Assembly (NCBI GenBank): GCA_964627605.1
Contig: CAZVGZ010000009.1
Coordinates: forward strand, 31,533 to 95,532
Direction of reading: 5' to 3'
Length of the DNA: 64,000 nucleotides
From: an uncultured bacterium
Lineage (GTDB): Bacteria; Latescibacterota; MWCZ01; CAZVGZ01
Each line of letters opens with the position of its first letter. The stretch's first letter is position 1. The position numbers were made by a program, and so were the translations under genes. Positions 27,663-38,813 of this stretch are shown here, one piece after another. Below the pieces are notes generated by a model. That model was not told where the DNA came from and did no database searches. It saw nothing but the letters and a program-made list of their open reading frames with translations.

Positions 27663-30242
27663 TTATACGACCATGTTGACCACGCGACCAGGGACGACAA
27701 TCACCTTTTTGAGGGTCTCGCCCTCCAGATGACGCATAACGTTGGGCTCTGTCAGCGCCAAACGCTCAATCTCATCGTTCTTAGCGTCTACCGGCAGCTC
27801 CAGAGTAGCCCGAACTTTGCCGTTGATCTGGACGGCCATAGTCACGGTCTCAAGCGACGCCAACAAAGCGTCAAAATCCGGCCACGACACATTTTGAAAA
27901 ATGCTGGATTCATTACCACAGAGAGACCATAACTCCTCGGCTAGGTGCGGCGCGAACGGGCTGACCAGCACCACAAGGTCATCCCTTGTCTGCGGGTCTA
28001 TCTTGCCGCCTGGTCCGTTGGAAGAGGTCGCGAAGTTGACGAACTCCATCAACCGGCTGACTGTAGTGTTGAATTTGAACCCCTCCATCCCCTCGGTAAC
28101 CTGTTTGACCAGACGATGGCGAGCTTTTGTGACGGTGTCACTTGGCGGTGTGTTCGGATCGATATTCGTGACCACCAGCTTCCACAACCGACTAAGGAAG
28201 CGTCCAGTTCCCAATATCCCCCTATCGGTCCACTCGGCATCCTGCTCAGGCGGCCCGACAAACAGCTCGTAGAGCCTTAGGGCATCTGCGCCATGCTGTC
28301 CCACAAGCTCATCCGGCGAAACCGAATTGCCCTTGGATTTGGACATCTTGGCGACTTCTATCCCCAGCTCCTGACTGCACAACCCACATGTTGGGGTGGC
28401 AGGATCATCGTCTGACCAGACTATTTCCTGGTCGGCGATGTAGCCGAAATTGGCGCATTTGGCGTTGCTGTGGAGATAGCTGCGCCTTGTTATCATCCCC
28501 TGATTGAAAAGCCTGCTGAAGGGCTCATCAAAACTCAGATGTCCGCGATCATGGAGAACTTTGGTCCAGAAACGGGCGTATAGAAGATGCAAAATCGCGT
28601 GTTCAACACCGCCAATATACATATGGACCGGCACCCACTTAGCAAGCTCGTCAGGGTTGAATGCTACGTCTGTCCTGTGTGGGTTTGGATAGCGCAAGAA
28701 ATACCACGACGATCCGGCCCATGTGGGCATCGTGTCGGTGTCGCGCTTAGCTGGAGCGCTGCATTTTGGGCAGTCCACATTCACCCACTCATCAATCGCA
28801 GCCAACGGTGACTCGCCTGTGCCGGTGGGCTGATATCTCTCCACATGTGGCAGCAGTACCGGAAGATCTTTGTCTGGAACCGGTACCTCGCCACATTTTG
28901 GGCAGTGGACTATCGGGATAGGCTCGCCCCAGTACCTTTGACGGCTGAATATCCAGTCCCTCAAGCGGTAGTTGATCGACTCAGTTCCAGCTCCCTCATC
29001 GGTGAGCCAGCTAGTTATCTGCCGACCGCCTTCGTTTGAGCTTAGCCCGTCGAACCGTCCAGAGTTAACCATATCTCCATCGCCTGCCCACGCCTGGGAC
29101 AGATCGCCGTTGTCGTCGCGCTCAGACTCGTCGCTGTGGATTACTTCGACTATGGACAGTGAGAACTTTTTGGCGAAATCGAAATCTCTCTGGTCGTGAC
29201 CAGGCACCGCCATTATCGCACCGGTGCCATATCCCATAAGGACATAGTCGGATATCCAGATCGGAATCTCTGTGCCGGTCGCTGGATTGACCGCGGAAGC
29301 TCCCAATGCGACACCGCTCTTAAGTCTTGTTTCGGCGGCCCGGTCTATCTCTTTGACTTTCCGGGCCTCAGCGGCGTACTCCTCGACCGCTTGCTCCTCT
29401 TCATCGCCAACCAAGTCCATCACAAGCGGATGCTCTGGTGCCAAAACCATGTAGGTCGCACCGAAAAGCGTGTCAGGGCGGGTGGTGAAAACCTCTATCC
29501 CGACGCTGAACCCGCTTTTGGCGCTCTTCGCCTGGAAGGTAATCTTGGCACCTTCTGAGCGACCGATCCAGTTCGCCTGCATGGTTTTGACTTTTTCTGG
29601 CCACTCCAAACCCTCAAGATCGTTCAACAGCCTCTCGGCGTAGGCCGTGATTTTCAGCTTCCACTGGTCCAGGTCGCGAATCTCGACCCCGGTACCACAC
29701 CGCTCACACTGCCCGGCTATCACCTCTTCGTTCGCCAGGCCGGTAGCGCAAGACGGGCACCAGTTGATCAGCGCATTGTCCCTATAGGCCAAACCAGCGT
29801 GGTACATCTGGAGGAAAATCCACTGTGTCCAACGGTAGTAGTCAGGGTCCGTTGTATTGAGCTCGCGCGACCAGTCGTACATCGCGCCTATCTCATGGAG
29901 CTGACGCTTCATCGTCGCGATGTTGCTGGCGATACTGATGGTGGGATGTATCCCTTTTTTAATCGCGTCGTTTTCAGCGGGGAGTCCAAACGCGTCCCAA
30001 CCGATGGGATGCAGCACTTCAAATCCCTGGAGCCTCTTGTAGCGCGCCCACACGTCTGACAAAACGTAGTTGCGCCAGTGGCCGACGTGCAGGCCGCTTC
30101 CAGAGGGATAGGGAAACATGTCCAGACAGTAGTATGCTGGACGCTCGCTGGACTCATCGGCGGTATGACAGTCGTGGGTGTCCCACCACTGCCGCCATTT
30201 TTTTTCGATTGTAGAAAAGTTGTAGTCTTTCATGGTGCCCAT
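27663..30242 (-). CDS. leuS: leucyl-tRNA synthetase
   Basis: 'PYPSGSGLHVGHWRNY' (HIGH) and 'KMSKSKGN' (KMSKS). 859 aa. Confidence 0.95.
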   Translation of the reverse strand: MGTMKDYNFSTIEKKWRQWWDTHDCHTADESSERPAYYCLDMFPYPSGSGLHVGHWRNYVLSDVWARYKRLQGFEVLHPIGWDAFGLPAENDAIKKGIHPTISIASNIATMKRQLHEIGAMYDWSRELNTTDPDYYRWTQWIFLQMYHAGLAYRDNALINWCPSCATGLANEEVIAGQCERCGTGVEIRDLDQWKLKITAYAERLLNDLEGLEWPEKVKTMQANWIGRSEGAKITFQAKSAKSGFSVGIEVFTTRPDTLFGATYMVLAPEHPLVMDLVGDEEEQAVEEYAAEARKVKEIDRAAETRLKSGVALGASAVNPATGTEIPIWISDYVLMGYGTGAIMAVPGHDQRDFDFAKKFSLSIVEVIHSDESERDDNGDLSQAWAGDGDMVNSGRFDGLSSNEGGRQITSWLTDEGAGTESINYRLRDWIFSRQRYWGEPIPIVHCPKCGEVPVPDKDLPVLLPHVERYQPTGTGESPLAAIDEWVNVDCPKCSAPAKRDTDTMPTWAGSSWYFLRYPNPHRTDVAFNPDELAKWVPVHMYIGGVEHAILHLLYARFWTKVLHDRGHLSFDEPFSRLFNQGMITRRSYLHSNAKCANFGYIADQEIVWSDDDPATPTCGLCSQELGIEVAKMSKSKGNSVSPDELVGQHGADALRLYELFVGPPEQDAEWTDRGILGTGRFLSRLWKLVVTNIDPNTPPSDTVTKARHRLVKQVTEGMEGFKFNTTVSRLMEFVNFATSSNGPGGKIDPQTRDDLVVLVSPFAPHLAEELWSLCGNESSIFQNVSWPDFDALLASLETVTMAVQINGKVRATLELPVDAKNDEIERLALTEPNVMRHLEGETLKKVIVVPGRVVNMVV

Positions 30243-30469
30243 GTGGCCTTTCGAAGCCCAGTTTCAACTGAGAAAAAAGTGATCGGACGTCAGTCGGTCT
30301 CCCTATCTCAGGGACCAAAGGCCGTGTCTGAGATCGCAGGCTATAACAGCCCTCGCAATCTCAAAATGCTCCTTCTGATCATAACGATTCACGTAGCTAT
30401 ATCTCGTCGTTCGCCGGGCGTAACGAACGCCTCAAGCGAACATACAGTTCCAACCCGCCCAGGGAAAAA

Positions 30470-31780
30470 TTAGGGACTAAGACGCCCTAACAGTCGCGGG
30501 AAGGGGATCGTCTCCCTGACATGCGGCAGCCCGCAGATCCACGCCACCGTCCGCTCAATCCCCAGACCGAAACCAGAGTGCGGCACACTGCCGTAGCGGC
30601 GCAGGTCCAGATACCAGGAGAAGTCCGATTCATCCAACCCGTGGGAGTTTACGCCCTCAACCAGAGTCGCCAGATCATCCTCACGCTGCCCACCGCCAAT
30701 TATCTCGCCGTAACCTTCAGGAGCCAACATATCGACACACAGCGCCAGATCAGCGCGATCAGAGTCGGCCTTCATGTAGAAAGCTTTGCACGATTTGGGG
30801 TATCGGTGAACCAGAACCGGCCGATCATATCTCGATGCCAATACCGTCTCCTCCTCGGCTCCAAAATCGTCTCCCCAGGTCACCTCGTGTCCAGCTTCAA
30901 CGAGCGTTTCTATGGCCTCGTCGTAGCTGATTCTTGGGAACGGCGTCTGAACTTTTTCCAGCGCAGACACGTCCCTCTCAAGCGTTTCAAGCTCATCGCG
31001 TTTGGACTCCAGCACACCCTGGACAACGTGGGAGACAAACTCCTCGGCGAGCTCCATGTCGCCAGCAAGGTCCATATACGCCACTTCCGGTTCCACCATC
31101 CAAAACTCGGTCAGATGCCGTCTTGTCTTCGATTTCTCAGCCCTAAACGTGGGCCCAAGGCAGTAGACCTTGCCGAAAGCCATCGCGCCAGCTTCCATGT
31201 AGAGCTGCCCCGATTGACTCAAGAAAGCGGTCTCTTCGCCAAAATAGTCCACACCAAAAAGCGTGGATGTCCCCTCGCAGGCCGACGGCGTGAAGATCGG
31301 GGCATCCAGAAGCACAAAACCGTTATCGTCAAAGAACTCCCTTACGAGCCTGATTATCTCGGCACGAACTTTGAGAACCGCGTGCTGCCTGGACGATCTT
31401 AGCCAAAGATGCCGGTGGTCCATCAAAAAGGCGGTGCCGTGCTCCTTTGGCGAGATCGGATACTCCTCGGCGCGGCTGATTTCTAAGAGATCGGTTACGT
31501 CAAGCTCAAATCCGATCGGTGACCGCTCATCCTTTTTGACGGTGCCGGTAATCTTTACTGACGACTCCTGTGTCAGCGCTTCCGCAGCATCAAAAACCGC
31601 TGGCCCCACGTTGCCCTTGAACACCACGCACTGGATAGTCCCAGAGCCGTCTCTGACCTGTAGGAACTTGAGTTTGCCCGATGAACGTTTGTTGTAAAGC
31701 CAGCCCTTGAGCGTTACAGTCTGACCATCGAACTGGCCGATGCGATCGATCCGCGCCTGAATGTCTTTATCTGGGGTCAT
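30470..31780 (-). CDS. asnS: asparaginyl-tRNA synthetase (class IIb)
   Basis: OB-fold N-terminus '[12 protein letters not shown]', motif 2 '[21 protein letters not shown]', motif 3 '[10 protein letters not shown]'. The FWMxEPE context favours AsnRS over AspRS. Confidence 0.85.
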   Translation of the reverse strand: MTPDKDIQARIDRIGQFDGQTVTLKGWLYNKRSSGKLKFLQVRDGSGTIQCVVFKGNVGPAVFDAAEALTQESSVKITGTVKKDERSPIGFELDVTDLLEISRAEEYPISPKEHGTAFLMDHRHLWLRSSRQHAVLKVRAEIIRLVREFFDDNGFVLLDAPIFTPSACEGTSTLFGVDYFGEETAFLSQSGQLYMEAGAMAFGKVYCLGPTFRAEKSKTRRHLTEFWMVEPEVAYMDLAGDMELAEEFVSHVVQGVLESKRDELETLERDVSALEKVQTPFPRISYDEAIETLVEAGHEVTWGDDFGAEEETVLASRYDRPVLVHRYPKSCKAFYMKADSDRADLALCVDMLAPEGYGEIIGGGQREDDLATLVEGVNSHGLDESDFSWYLDLRRYGSVPHSGFGLGIERTVAWICGLPHVRETIPFPRLLGRLSP

Positions 31781-31906
31781 GATATACTCGGTTGGACGCC
31801 GTGCGTTTGTTAGGATTGGGTTAATGCGATTGTTAACCGGATAAACATCGTGTGATCGGAGCCAAAAGGCAAGCTCTGGGGGGTTTTGATGAGGGTTGGG
31901 CGACGT

Positions 31907-32668
31907 TTAGGTCGGTTGGGACAACATCCTGACAGCGGTGCCCTTAGCAAAGCCGTTTATCAGCCGCGATTTGGCCCATTCAATCTGGCGACGGACCTTA
32001 CCACCAACCAGCGCTGCTGCAACGTTTTCTGTGCGGTCCATCCGATGAAGCGCAATTCTAGGGAGCAGAAGCGGGTCTTGGCCTGAGGAGAGTAGCCTTG
32101 GAATCATAGTCACCGCTGTAGAAAGACCCGCCCCACCGAGCGCGGTTTTGATCGAAGAGTTCCAGCCCCCGAAAGGGTAGGACCAGCCTGTCACCGACAT
32201 CCCTAAACGATCCTCTATCTCATTTTTGGCGTCGCCGATTTCAGATGCGATCTCGACATCGGTCATTCGGGTCATGTCGCGGTGTGTCACCCCGTGCCCA
32301 CCGATCTCCCACCCAAGGCCTACAAGTTCGGCAAGCTGACTCCAGGAGAGATTTGGGCGTTTATTGATCGCGCCTAGATCCCAACTGCCGTCTGAACCCA
32401 CATGGGCTGTGGGAACGTATACCGTCGCTTTCCACCCTCGCTCCTCCAGGAGCGGCGCGGCGACTTCTAGGACGGTTGCGCTAGCATCGTCGAAGCTAAT
32501 CCCCAAGCTGCTTTGTGATCCGTCAAAACTCCCATCACGGACAGGATTGAGAGCAAATCCATCACTTTCCAACCAGTTGAGGTGTCTGCGGAATCGATCT
32601 GTTCTGATGGTCGTCGCAGAGAAATCTACGCCGTCGGCGATGGCGTGATAGGCGAGGATGGCGCGCAT
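31907..32668 (-). CDS. polysaccharide deacetylase (NodB homology) family protein
   Basis: 'ISFDDASATV', 'GWEIGGHGVTH', 'WSYPFGG'. Confidence 0.75.
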   Translation of the reverse strand: MRAILAYHAIADGVDFSATTIRTDRFRRHLNWLESDGFALNPVRDGSFDGSQSSLGISFDDASATVLEVAAPLLEERGWKATVYVPTAHVGSDGSWDLGAINKRPNLSWSQLAELVGLGWEIGGHGVTHRDMTRMTDVEIASEIGDAKNEIEDRLGMSVTGWSYPFGGWNSSIKTALGGAGLSTAVTMIPRLLSSGQDPLLLPRIALHRMDRTENVAAALVGGKVRRQIEWAKSRLINGFAKGTAVRMLSQPT

Positions 32669-32676
32669 GGTCGTGG

Positions 32677-33156
32677 TTATTCGCCTGAGTGGCTGGTGGT
32701 CGAAGAGTTGACGCCTGTCGAACCAAACCCGCTTCCGCCTCGTTCAGACTCACCAAGCTCGTCAAGCTCATCAAGCGCCACCCAATCGACTACCACCACA
32801 GGAGCGACGACAAGCTGCGCTATCCGGTCGCCGCGGTTCACTACAAACGGCTCCGAGCCGATGTTTGCCAGCAATACACCAACCTCGCCGCGATAGTCGC
32901 TGTCGATTGTACCTGGGGCGTTGGGCACGATGATCCCTTTTCTTGCCAGCCCTGAACGGCCACGAATCTGCCCCTCGTATCCCGCTGGAATAGCCAATGA
33001 AAAACCGGTCGGCGTCAAAACCACATCTCCAGGATTGAGTTGGGCCGCGTCCTCAACTGCCGCGCAGATATCCATCCCCGACGACCACTCTGTCTGGTAC
33101 TCAGGCAGCGCAAGGCCTTGCGCATGAGGCAGTTGAACAATCAGGACTTCGAGCAT
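32677..33156 (-). CDS. dut: dUTP diphosphatase
   Basis: 'GRSGLARKGI', 'APGTIDSDYRGEVGVLL', 'GDRIAQLV', C-terminal 'RGGSGFGSTG'. Confidence 0.93.
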   Translation of the reverse strand: MLEVLIVQLPHAQGLALPEYQTEWSSGMDICAAVEDAAQLNPGDVVLTPTGFSLAIPAGYEGQIRGRSGLARKGIIVPNAPGTIDSDYRGEVGVLLANIGSEPFVVNRGDRIAQLVVAPVVVVDWVALDELDELGESERGGSGFGSTGVNSSTTSHSGE

Positions 33157-33203
33157 ACTGTTGTCGAACCTTGTCGTGAAATCAAAAAGAACGTCCTGGA
33201 GAC

Positions 33204-34352
33204 CTATCTCACCCTTGGAAGTTCCATTTTGTGTGAATCCAGATCAGCGAACATCGAAGCGACCTCGGCGCGGTCGGCAGGCAGCGACACCCGTCTTCCG
33301 CTGACTGTCGAAAGAAGTATGCCGTTGTACAGCTCTATCGCCTGGGAACACGCTTTGGCGTCACCTTCAAAAGGTGCACCCTCGTTGACACTCTTCCAAA
33401 ACTCGCGGTAGTACAGATCGCGCCCTTCAAACGGTAGATCGACCTTGGGGCCCTCTTCCCATTCACCCAGTTCTAGTTTGACACTATCAGGGGCCTCAGT
33501 GATAAACTGTTCTGCGGCGTTTGACCGTTTGGCCAGTGAGATTCCACCATTGTGATGCTTGACCCCACCGCCCCATGCCATCACAGCTCCGTCGCCTTCA
33601 AACACCTGTGCCACAGGAGCGCTTCCCGCCGCGCTCACCAGCGAAAACGAGATAACGCCGGAAAACCCGTTTTCAAACAGTACTATCGCATGCATCAGGT
33701 CGTCGGCTTCGTGAAGGTGGCTCCAGTTTGCGGCCCAGCCGCTCACCTCCACCGGATTGCCCAATATGTAGCAGATCGCATCCAGGTCGTGGACGTACTG
33801 GTTGATGCACATCGCGCCACCCTCCTCTGCCCATGTCCCCCGCCACTCAGCACTTGCGTAGTAGCCTTCATGCCTGATCCCGGTGGCGGTGTAGGCAAAC
33901 CGCATCGGTCGTCCCAAAAGCTCGTCGCGGATGACTTTTCTGGCGCTGCGATGCGTCGAACTCCAACGCCTCTGGTGACCCACCCCCACAACCAGCCCTG
34001 TCTTTTCTGAGGTCTCGATCATCTGATCGGCCTCACCGACAGAAATGCAGAGCGGTTTTTCCGTGAGGACATGTTTTCCCGCTTCCATCGCAGCCAATGC
34101 CATTGGGCAGTGCAGATAGTGCGGTGTTGCGATGGTTACCGCGTCGATATCTGCCTCGGCGATCATCTTTTTGTAGTCGGCGAACACCGGAACATCCAGT
34201 TCGTAGTGATCGGCCTCGCTTTTCGCCGCGTCTTCGTCGATGTCGCAGATCGCGCCAACGATCCCGTGATCCATCTCAGGATCGCTGAGCGTTCTAAGAT
34301 GTCCTCCACCCACCCCTTTGATGCCTATCACCCCGTATTTCAGCGGGGTCAT
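33204..34352 (-). CDS. Gfo/Idh/MocA family oxidoreductase
   Basis: 'LKYGVIGIKGVGGGH', 'TIATPHYLH', 'VLTEKPL'. Confidence 0.8.
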   Translation of the reverse strand: MTPLKYGVIGIKGVGGGHLRTLSDPEMDHGIVGAICDIDEDAAKSEADHYELDVPVFADYKKMIAEADIDAVTIATPHYLHCPMALAAMEAGKHVLTEKPLCISVGEADQMIETSEKTGLVVGVGHQRRWSSTHRSARKVIRDELLGRPMRFAYTATGIRHEGYYASAEWRGTWAEEGGAMCINQYVHDLDAICYILGNPVEVSGWAANWSHLHEADDLMHAIVLFENGFSGVISFSLVSAAGSAPVAQVFEGDGAVMAWGGGVKHHNGGISLAKRSNAAEQFITEAPDSVKLELGEWEEGPKVDLPFEGRDLYYREFWKSVNEGAPFEGDAKACSQAIELYNGILLSTVSGRRVSLPADRAEVASMFADLDSHKMELPRVR

Positions 34353-34573
34353 TACTGCTCCTTCAGTCGTTGGGTTCGCGCGGTGGCGTCTTGTGGATCA
34401 CCGTTGGTCCTCTGTAATACCAGATAAGATGGGGCAGCCTTGCCGCATCGCCAACGTACAGGTCGGCATTCCCATGTGGGATCATACCAAAGGTCAGGTG
34501 CGCTGCACCGAACAGGGCGATCGTGGGAAGCAAGTGTCGGTAGAACGCGCATATTTGAAAAATTCGACGGATG

Positions 34574-35494
34574 TCAGCCGTCGAGACGCAAACTGCCAAC
34601 AAGGTCGGCGGGAGACCCGATGCCCTGGTCGTCGAGATATTTCGTCAGCTCGTTCAATATCTGAGGCGCGGCGTTTGGGTTTATGAAATTCGCGGTACCG
34701 ATCTGCACAGCCGATGCTCCTGCGATCAAAAACTCGGTTGCATCCTCTCCTGTCACCATCCCGCCAATGCCAATAATGGGCACGCTCACAGCGCAGGCGA
34801 CCTTCCAGACCATCGCCAAAGCCACAGGTTTGATTGCAGGCCCAGAAAGGCCGCCGGTCACAGCGCCTATCACGGGCCGTCTTGCTTTGGCGTCCACCGC
34901 CATCCCGATCAGTGTATTGATAAGTGAAATCACATCTGCACCTGAGTTTTGAGCAGCGAGAGCCAAGGCGGCGATGTCGGTGACGTTGGGGCTGAGTTTG
35001 ACTATGATAGGTAGATGTGTGGCGGTTTTGACGCCCTCTACCACTTGGGAAAGCATGGTCTCGTCTGTCCCGAACTGAATGCCGCCCTCTTTAACATTGG
35101 GGCACGATACATTGAGTTCGAGCGCTGCGATGCCGTCGCTATCGCTCACTAAAGCAGCTATCTGCGCATACTCTTCTTTGGTCCGCCCGGCGATGTTGAC
35201 AATGATCGGGCAGCCAACGTCCCTCAAGGCGGGAAGTTTCTCATTTAGGAAACCATCGACCCCAGGGTTGGCAAGGCCGATGGAGTTGAGCATCCCGGAG
35301 GCGGTCTCTGTCACCCTTGGGAGTGGGTTGCCCTGACACGGCTCAAGTGTGATGGTTTTTGTAACGAGGCCGCCTAATAGGGACAGATCGTAGAACGATC
35401 TAAACTCCTCGCCGTAGGCAAACGTACCAGATGCAACCAGAATTGGGTTGTTCAGCTCAATTCCAGCGATTGTCGTCGTCAAATTCACAGACAT
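34574..35494 (-). CDS. pyrD: dihydroorotate dehydrogenase, class 1 (Cys-type)
   Basis: 'NPILVASGTFAYG', 'GLANPGVDGF', 'ELNVSCPNV', 'GGLSGPAIKP'. I start it at the internal ATG (MSVNLTTTIAGIEL...) rather than the track start at 35572. Confidence 0.88.
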   Translation of the reverse strand: MSVNLTTTIAGIELNNPILVASGTFAYGEEFRSFYDLSLLGGLVTKTITLEPCQGNPLPRVTETASGMLNSIGLANPGVDGFLNEKLPALRDVGCPIIVNIAGRTKEEYAQIAALVSDSDGIAALELNVSCPNVKEGGIQFGTDETMLSQVVEGVKTATHLPIIVKLSPNVTDIAALALAAQNSGADVISLINTLIGMAVDAKARRPVIGAVTGGLSGPAIKPVALAMVWKVACAVSVPIIGIGGMVTGEDATEFLIAGASAVQIGTANFINPNAAPQILNELTKYLDDQGIGSPADLVGSLRLDG

Positions 35495-35560
35495 GGTAGA
35501 TGCGGTTCTTTTAGTGGGTTGGCTGATGTCGGTGATGGCGAATATACGAAAGGACAGGTA

Positions 35561-36733
35561 GTGGATACCCACTCAGAAGTCCCAGTGCAGTTCCAAGCTG
35601 TGTCGCCAGTAGATAGTGAGTGTTTCTTCGGCTACTACGACAAGCCGCCGTGGGACTCTTCGAGTCGTTTTCTGTTGGGCCTCAACCCGTCAGTGAGCCG
35701 AAAGCAACCCACAGGTGATGATTCTGCGACAGTAGGATTGATCGACCTCCAATCGGGCAGCGAGTGGATACCCCTGGCGACCACCTACGCCTGGAACTGG
35801 CAACAGGGCAGCATGCTCCACTGGCTGCCGTCTCAACCGGAGCGCCTGGTCACCTATAACACCCGGGTGGACAGTCGGCACGCTGCGGTTATCCACGATG
35901 TCACCACCGGGGGAACCGAAACACTGACCAGGCCGATATATGCGCTGTCCCCCGACGGCTCAAACGCCATCAGCGTCAATTTCTCCCGCATCGCCCGCAC
36001 CAGGCCTGGCTACGGCTATGAAGGTGTTGACGATCCTGGTTTGGGCGAGCTGCATCCTGACGATGATGGCATATGGATGACGAGTATGATGACCGGAGAA
36101 AGCGACCTGATTATCACACTTGCGAAGGCAGCAGCGCTTGAACCCAAACCGTCGATGGATGACGCGGTACACTGGTTCAACCACCTACAGTTCAGCCCTG
36201 ATGGTTCAAGATTTCTGTTCCTTCACAGATGGAGCAAGGATGGTGTCAGCCGAAGGACCAGAATGCTCACAGCGGGCCTAGACGGGAGCGACGAAAGGAT
36301 AATCGCAGATGATGAGATGACATCGCATTTCGATTGGCGCGATCGGGGCACAATCCTGGCGTGGGCCACCAAATCAGGGTTGGGAGACCACTACTACCTG
36401 TTCGACGCGATTACCGGTGAGGCGACAACTATGGGAGAGGACACACTTACAGCCGACGGCCACTGCTCGTACTCTCCCGACCGCAAATGGATACTGTCTG
36501 ACATGTATCCTGACGACTCAGGCGACCGCGTTCTGTTCCTCTACAACCCGAAACAACAACGACGCATCGACATCGGCAGGCTCTTCTCGCCGCCAGAGTT
36601 GACCGGGCCGCTTAGATGCGACCTGCATCCACGATGGTCGAGGGATGGCAGAAGTGTCTGTATCGACTCGGCCCACGAAGGCTACCGAAGGATTTACATC
36701 GGCGATGCGAGCGACATCGTTGATGGTGGCTAG
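35561..36733 (+). CDS. TolB-like beta-propeller protein (uncharacterised; oligogalacturonate-lyase-like fold guess)
   Basis: 'FFGYYDKPPWDSSSRFLL', and repeated '(S/L)PDG(S/K)' blades (LSPDGSN, FSPDGSR, YSPDRKW, WSRDGRS). The start is uncertain. The GTG at 35561 has AAGGA upstream. The track start is 35519. Confidence 0.55.
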   Translation: MDTHSEVPVQFQAVSPVDSECFFGYYDKPPWDSSSRFLLGLNPSVSRKQPTGDDSATVGLIDLQSGSEWIPLATTYAWNWQQGSMLHWLPSQPERLVTYNTRVDSRHAAVIHDVTTGGTETLTRPIYALSPDGSNAISVNFSRIARTRPGYGYEGVDDPGLGELHPDDDGIWMTSMMTGESDLIITLAKAAALEPKPSMDDAVHWFNHLQFSPDGSRFLFLHRWSKDGVSRRTRMLTAGLDGSDERIIADDEMTSHFDWRDRGTILAWATKSGLGDHYYLFDAITGEATTMGEDTLTADGHCSYSPDRKWILSDMYPDDSGDRVLFLYNPKQQRRIDIGRLFSPPELTGPLRCDLHPRWSRDGRSVCIDSAHEGYRRIYIGDASDIVDGG

Positions 36734-36772
36734 ACCTAACTCGCGGCTGTTACGATTGAAGCGCAGCACCCG

Positions 36773-37732
36773 CTACTGCCAGATCGACCGCCCTGGTGGT
36801 GCCAACTCGTCTACCAACGCACAATCCTCGTCGGTGATCTCGACGTCCAGAGCACCCAGGTTGTCGGTTAGCTGCTCGACGTTCCTGGGGCCGATGATAG
36901 GCGCGCCCATCGCCGGTTGCCGCATCAGCCACGCCACTGAGAACTGGCTCAGTGTGCAGCCTTTCTCCGCAGCATGCACGAGCAGCCTCTCCACGACATC
37001 CATCGCCGTCTCCCACCACTCTGTTTTATCCGACTTCCATTCAGTGAGCCGTCCGCCGTCGGGCATCGGCTGACCTTTGCGGTATTTGCCGGTGAGTAGA
37101 CCACCGCTAATTGGTGAGTATGGGACCAGCACAACACCGTTCTTCAAACACCACGGCACGACATCTGATTCAGCGCGACGTCGCAGGATGTTATACGGTG
37201 GCTGTTCAGTCACCAGACTAACGAAACTCCCGACATCTGCTTTCCATAGCGCTTCAACAAAGTTGGCACCTGGGAAATTGCTTGAGCCTATATATCTCAC
37301 CTTGCCCTGACTGACAAGATCATCGAAGGCCCTCAAGCTCTCTTCGATGGGGGTATCATTGGGACATGGTCGATGCATCTGATAGAGGTCGATATAGTCC
37401 GTCTTCAGGCGTTTGAGGCTGTTTTCGCACTGCCTAACTATCTGCGTGCGGGACAAACCGATGGCGTTGGGGTCGCTATCATCCATCCGCGAGCAGACTT
37501 TTGTCGCCAGCACGACGCTGTCCCGCCTGCCCTCAAGCGCAGTGCCGACAACCTCCTCAGCACCGCCACGGGCGTAGACATTGGCGGTGTCGATGAAATT
37601 TATGCCCTGGTTCAACGCCTGATCTATCACCGCCGCACCCTCTTCTGGTGTGTTTCGCTGCGTCCACAGCCATGTCCCGAGACACAACGGCGACACCTGC
37701 AACCCTGTCCTACCGAGTGTGATGTATTCCAT
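36773..37732 (-). CDS. aldo/keto reductase (array member 1)
   Basis: 'MEYITLGRTGLQVSPLCLGT', 'DTANVY', 'LATKV', 'YQMHRP', 'GKVRYIGSSNF'. AAGGAGG lies 6 nt upstream of the ATG at 37732. The track start is 37759. Confidence 0.88.
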   Translation of the reverse strand: MEYITLGRTGLQVSPLCLGTWLWTQRNTPEEGAAVIDQALNQGINFIDTANVYARGGAEEVVGTALEGRRDSVVLATKVCSRMDDSDPNAIGLSRTQIVRQCENSLKRLKTDYIDLYQMHRPCPNDTPIEESLRAFDDLVSQGKVRYIGSSNFPGANFVEALWKADVGSFVSLVTEQPPYNILRRRAESDVVPWCLKNGVVLVPYSPISGGLLTGKYRKGQPMPDGGRLTEWKSDKTEWWETAMDVVERLLVHAAEKGCTLSQFSVAWLMRQPAMGAPIIGPRNVEQLTDNLGALDVEITDEDCALVDELAPPGRSIWQ

Positions 37733-37825
37733 GCTGTCCTCCTTCACATGTATCGACAAGAGCGTTAGGCGGTACTCTGCAGATCAGGCTCCCGCCGCAG
37801 AGCGGCGCAGAGCCCAAAACAAAAA

Positions 37826-38785
37826 CTAGTCTGTCGGGGGATAGACGCTAGTGCCAAACGGCACTAACTCATCCACCAACGCAAAATCATCAGACGTGAT
37901 CTCAACATCCAGCGCCTTCAGGTTTTCCTCCAACTCATGCGGCTTGTTGGGGCCCGTGATAGCAGCGGTAACCCCCTCGTGCGCCATCACCCACGCCAGC
38001 CCAAACTGCGCTATGGTGCATCCCTTTTGGTCGCACCGCTCCACCAGCGTCTCAATCACGTCCATCGCGTGCTCCCACCAGTCAGCACCTAACTGTCCAG
38101 CTAGACGAACTTCTGGCGGTGGCTCTGATCCTTTGCGGCATGTACCGCTAAAAAGCCCCTGTTCCAGAGGCGAATACACCACCAGCGGGATGTCGTATTT
38201 AAGACACCACGGTAGTACATCTATCTCAATCGTCCGCCTTCCAACACTGATGGGTGACTGCTCGACGTTGATACTATCGAACCCGAATTTCTGTGATTTC
38301 CAAAGCATTTCGACCAGTTCAGGGGCCTTGGTCCCGCTGGTGCCGATATAACGCACCTTGCCCTGGCTTATCAGGTCGTCATAGGCCCGAAGGCTCTCTT
38401 CTACAGGCGTCCTGGGGTCAGGACGGTGCATATAGTAGAGATCAATGTAGTCCGTCCCCAGCCGCTCTAGGCTTGCGTCGCACTGCTCCATAATATGCTT
38501 GCGGGAGAGTCCGCGCTGATTTGGATCGTGGTCATCCATCGGCGAACAGACTTTGGTAGCCAGTACGATCGAATCACGACGTCCTTTTATAAGAGAGTTC
38601 AGATATTTTTCCGACTCCCCACGGCTGTAGTAGTTGGCTGTGTCTACAAAGTTCACGCCGCGATCAAGCGCGCTGTCCATCATCGCCTCAGCCTCTTTGT
38701 TGGTGCTGTATACCGACCAGAGCGCTGTACCCAAGCAGATCGGCGACACTTTCATTCCAGTCCGACCTAGTGTGCGATACTGCAT
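37826..38785 (-). CDS. aldo/keto reductase (array member 2)
   Basis: 'MQYRTLGRTGMKVSPICLGT', 'DTANYY', 'LATKV', 'YYMHRP'. A GAGGTGG RBS precedes the ATG at 38785. The track start at 38851 would overlap member 3. Confidence 0.88.
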   Translation of the reverse strand: MQYRTLGRTGMKVSPICLGTALWSVYSTNKEAEAMMDSALDRGVNFVDTANYYSRGESEKYLNSLIKGRRDSIVLATKVCSPMDDHDPNQRGLSRKHIMEQCDASLERLGTDYIDLYYMHRPDPRTPVEESLRAYDDLISQGKVRYIGTSGTKAPELVEMLWKSQKFGFDSINVEQSPISVGRRTIEIDVLPWCLKYDIPLVVYSPLEQGLFSGTCRKGSEPPPEVRLAGQLGADWWEHAMDVIETLVERCDQKGCTIAQFGLAWVMAHEGVTAAITGPNKPHELEENLKALDVEITSDDFALVDELVPFGTSVYPPTD

Positions 38786-38813
38786 CAACCACCTCGTTCG
38801 TAAGAGCGGCTCT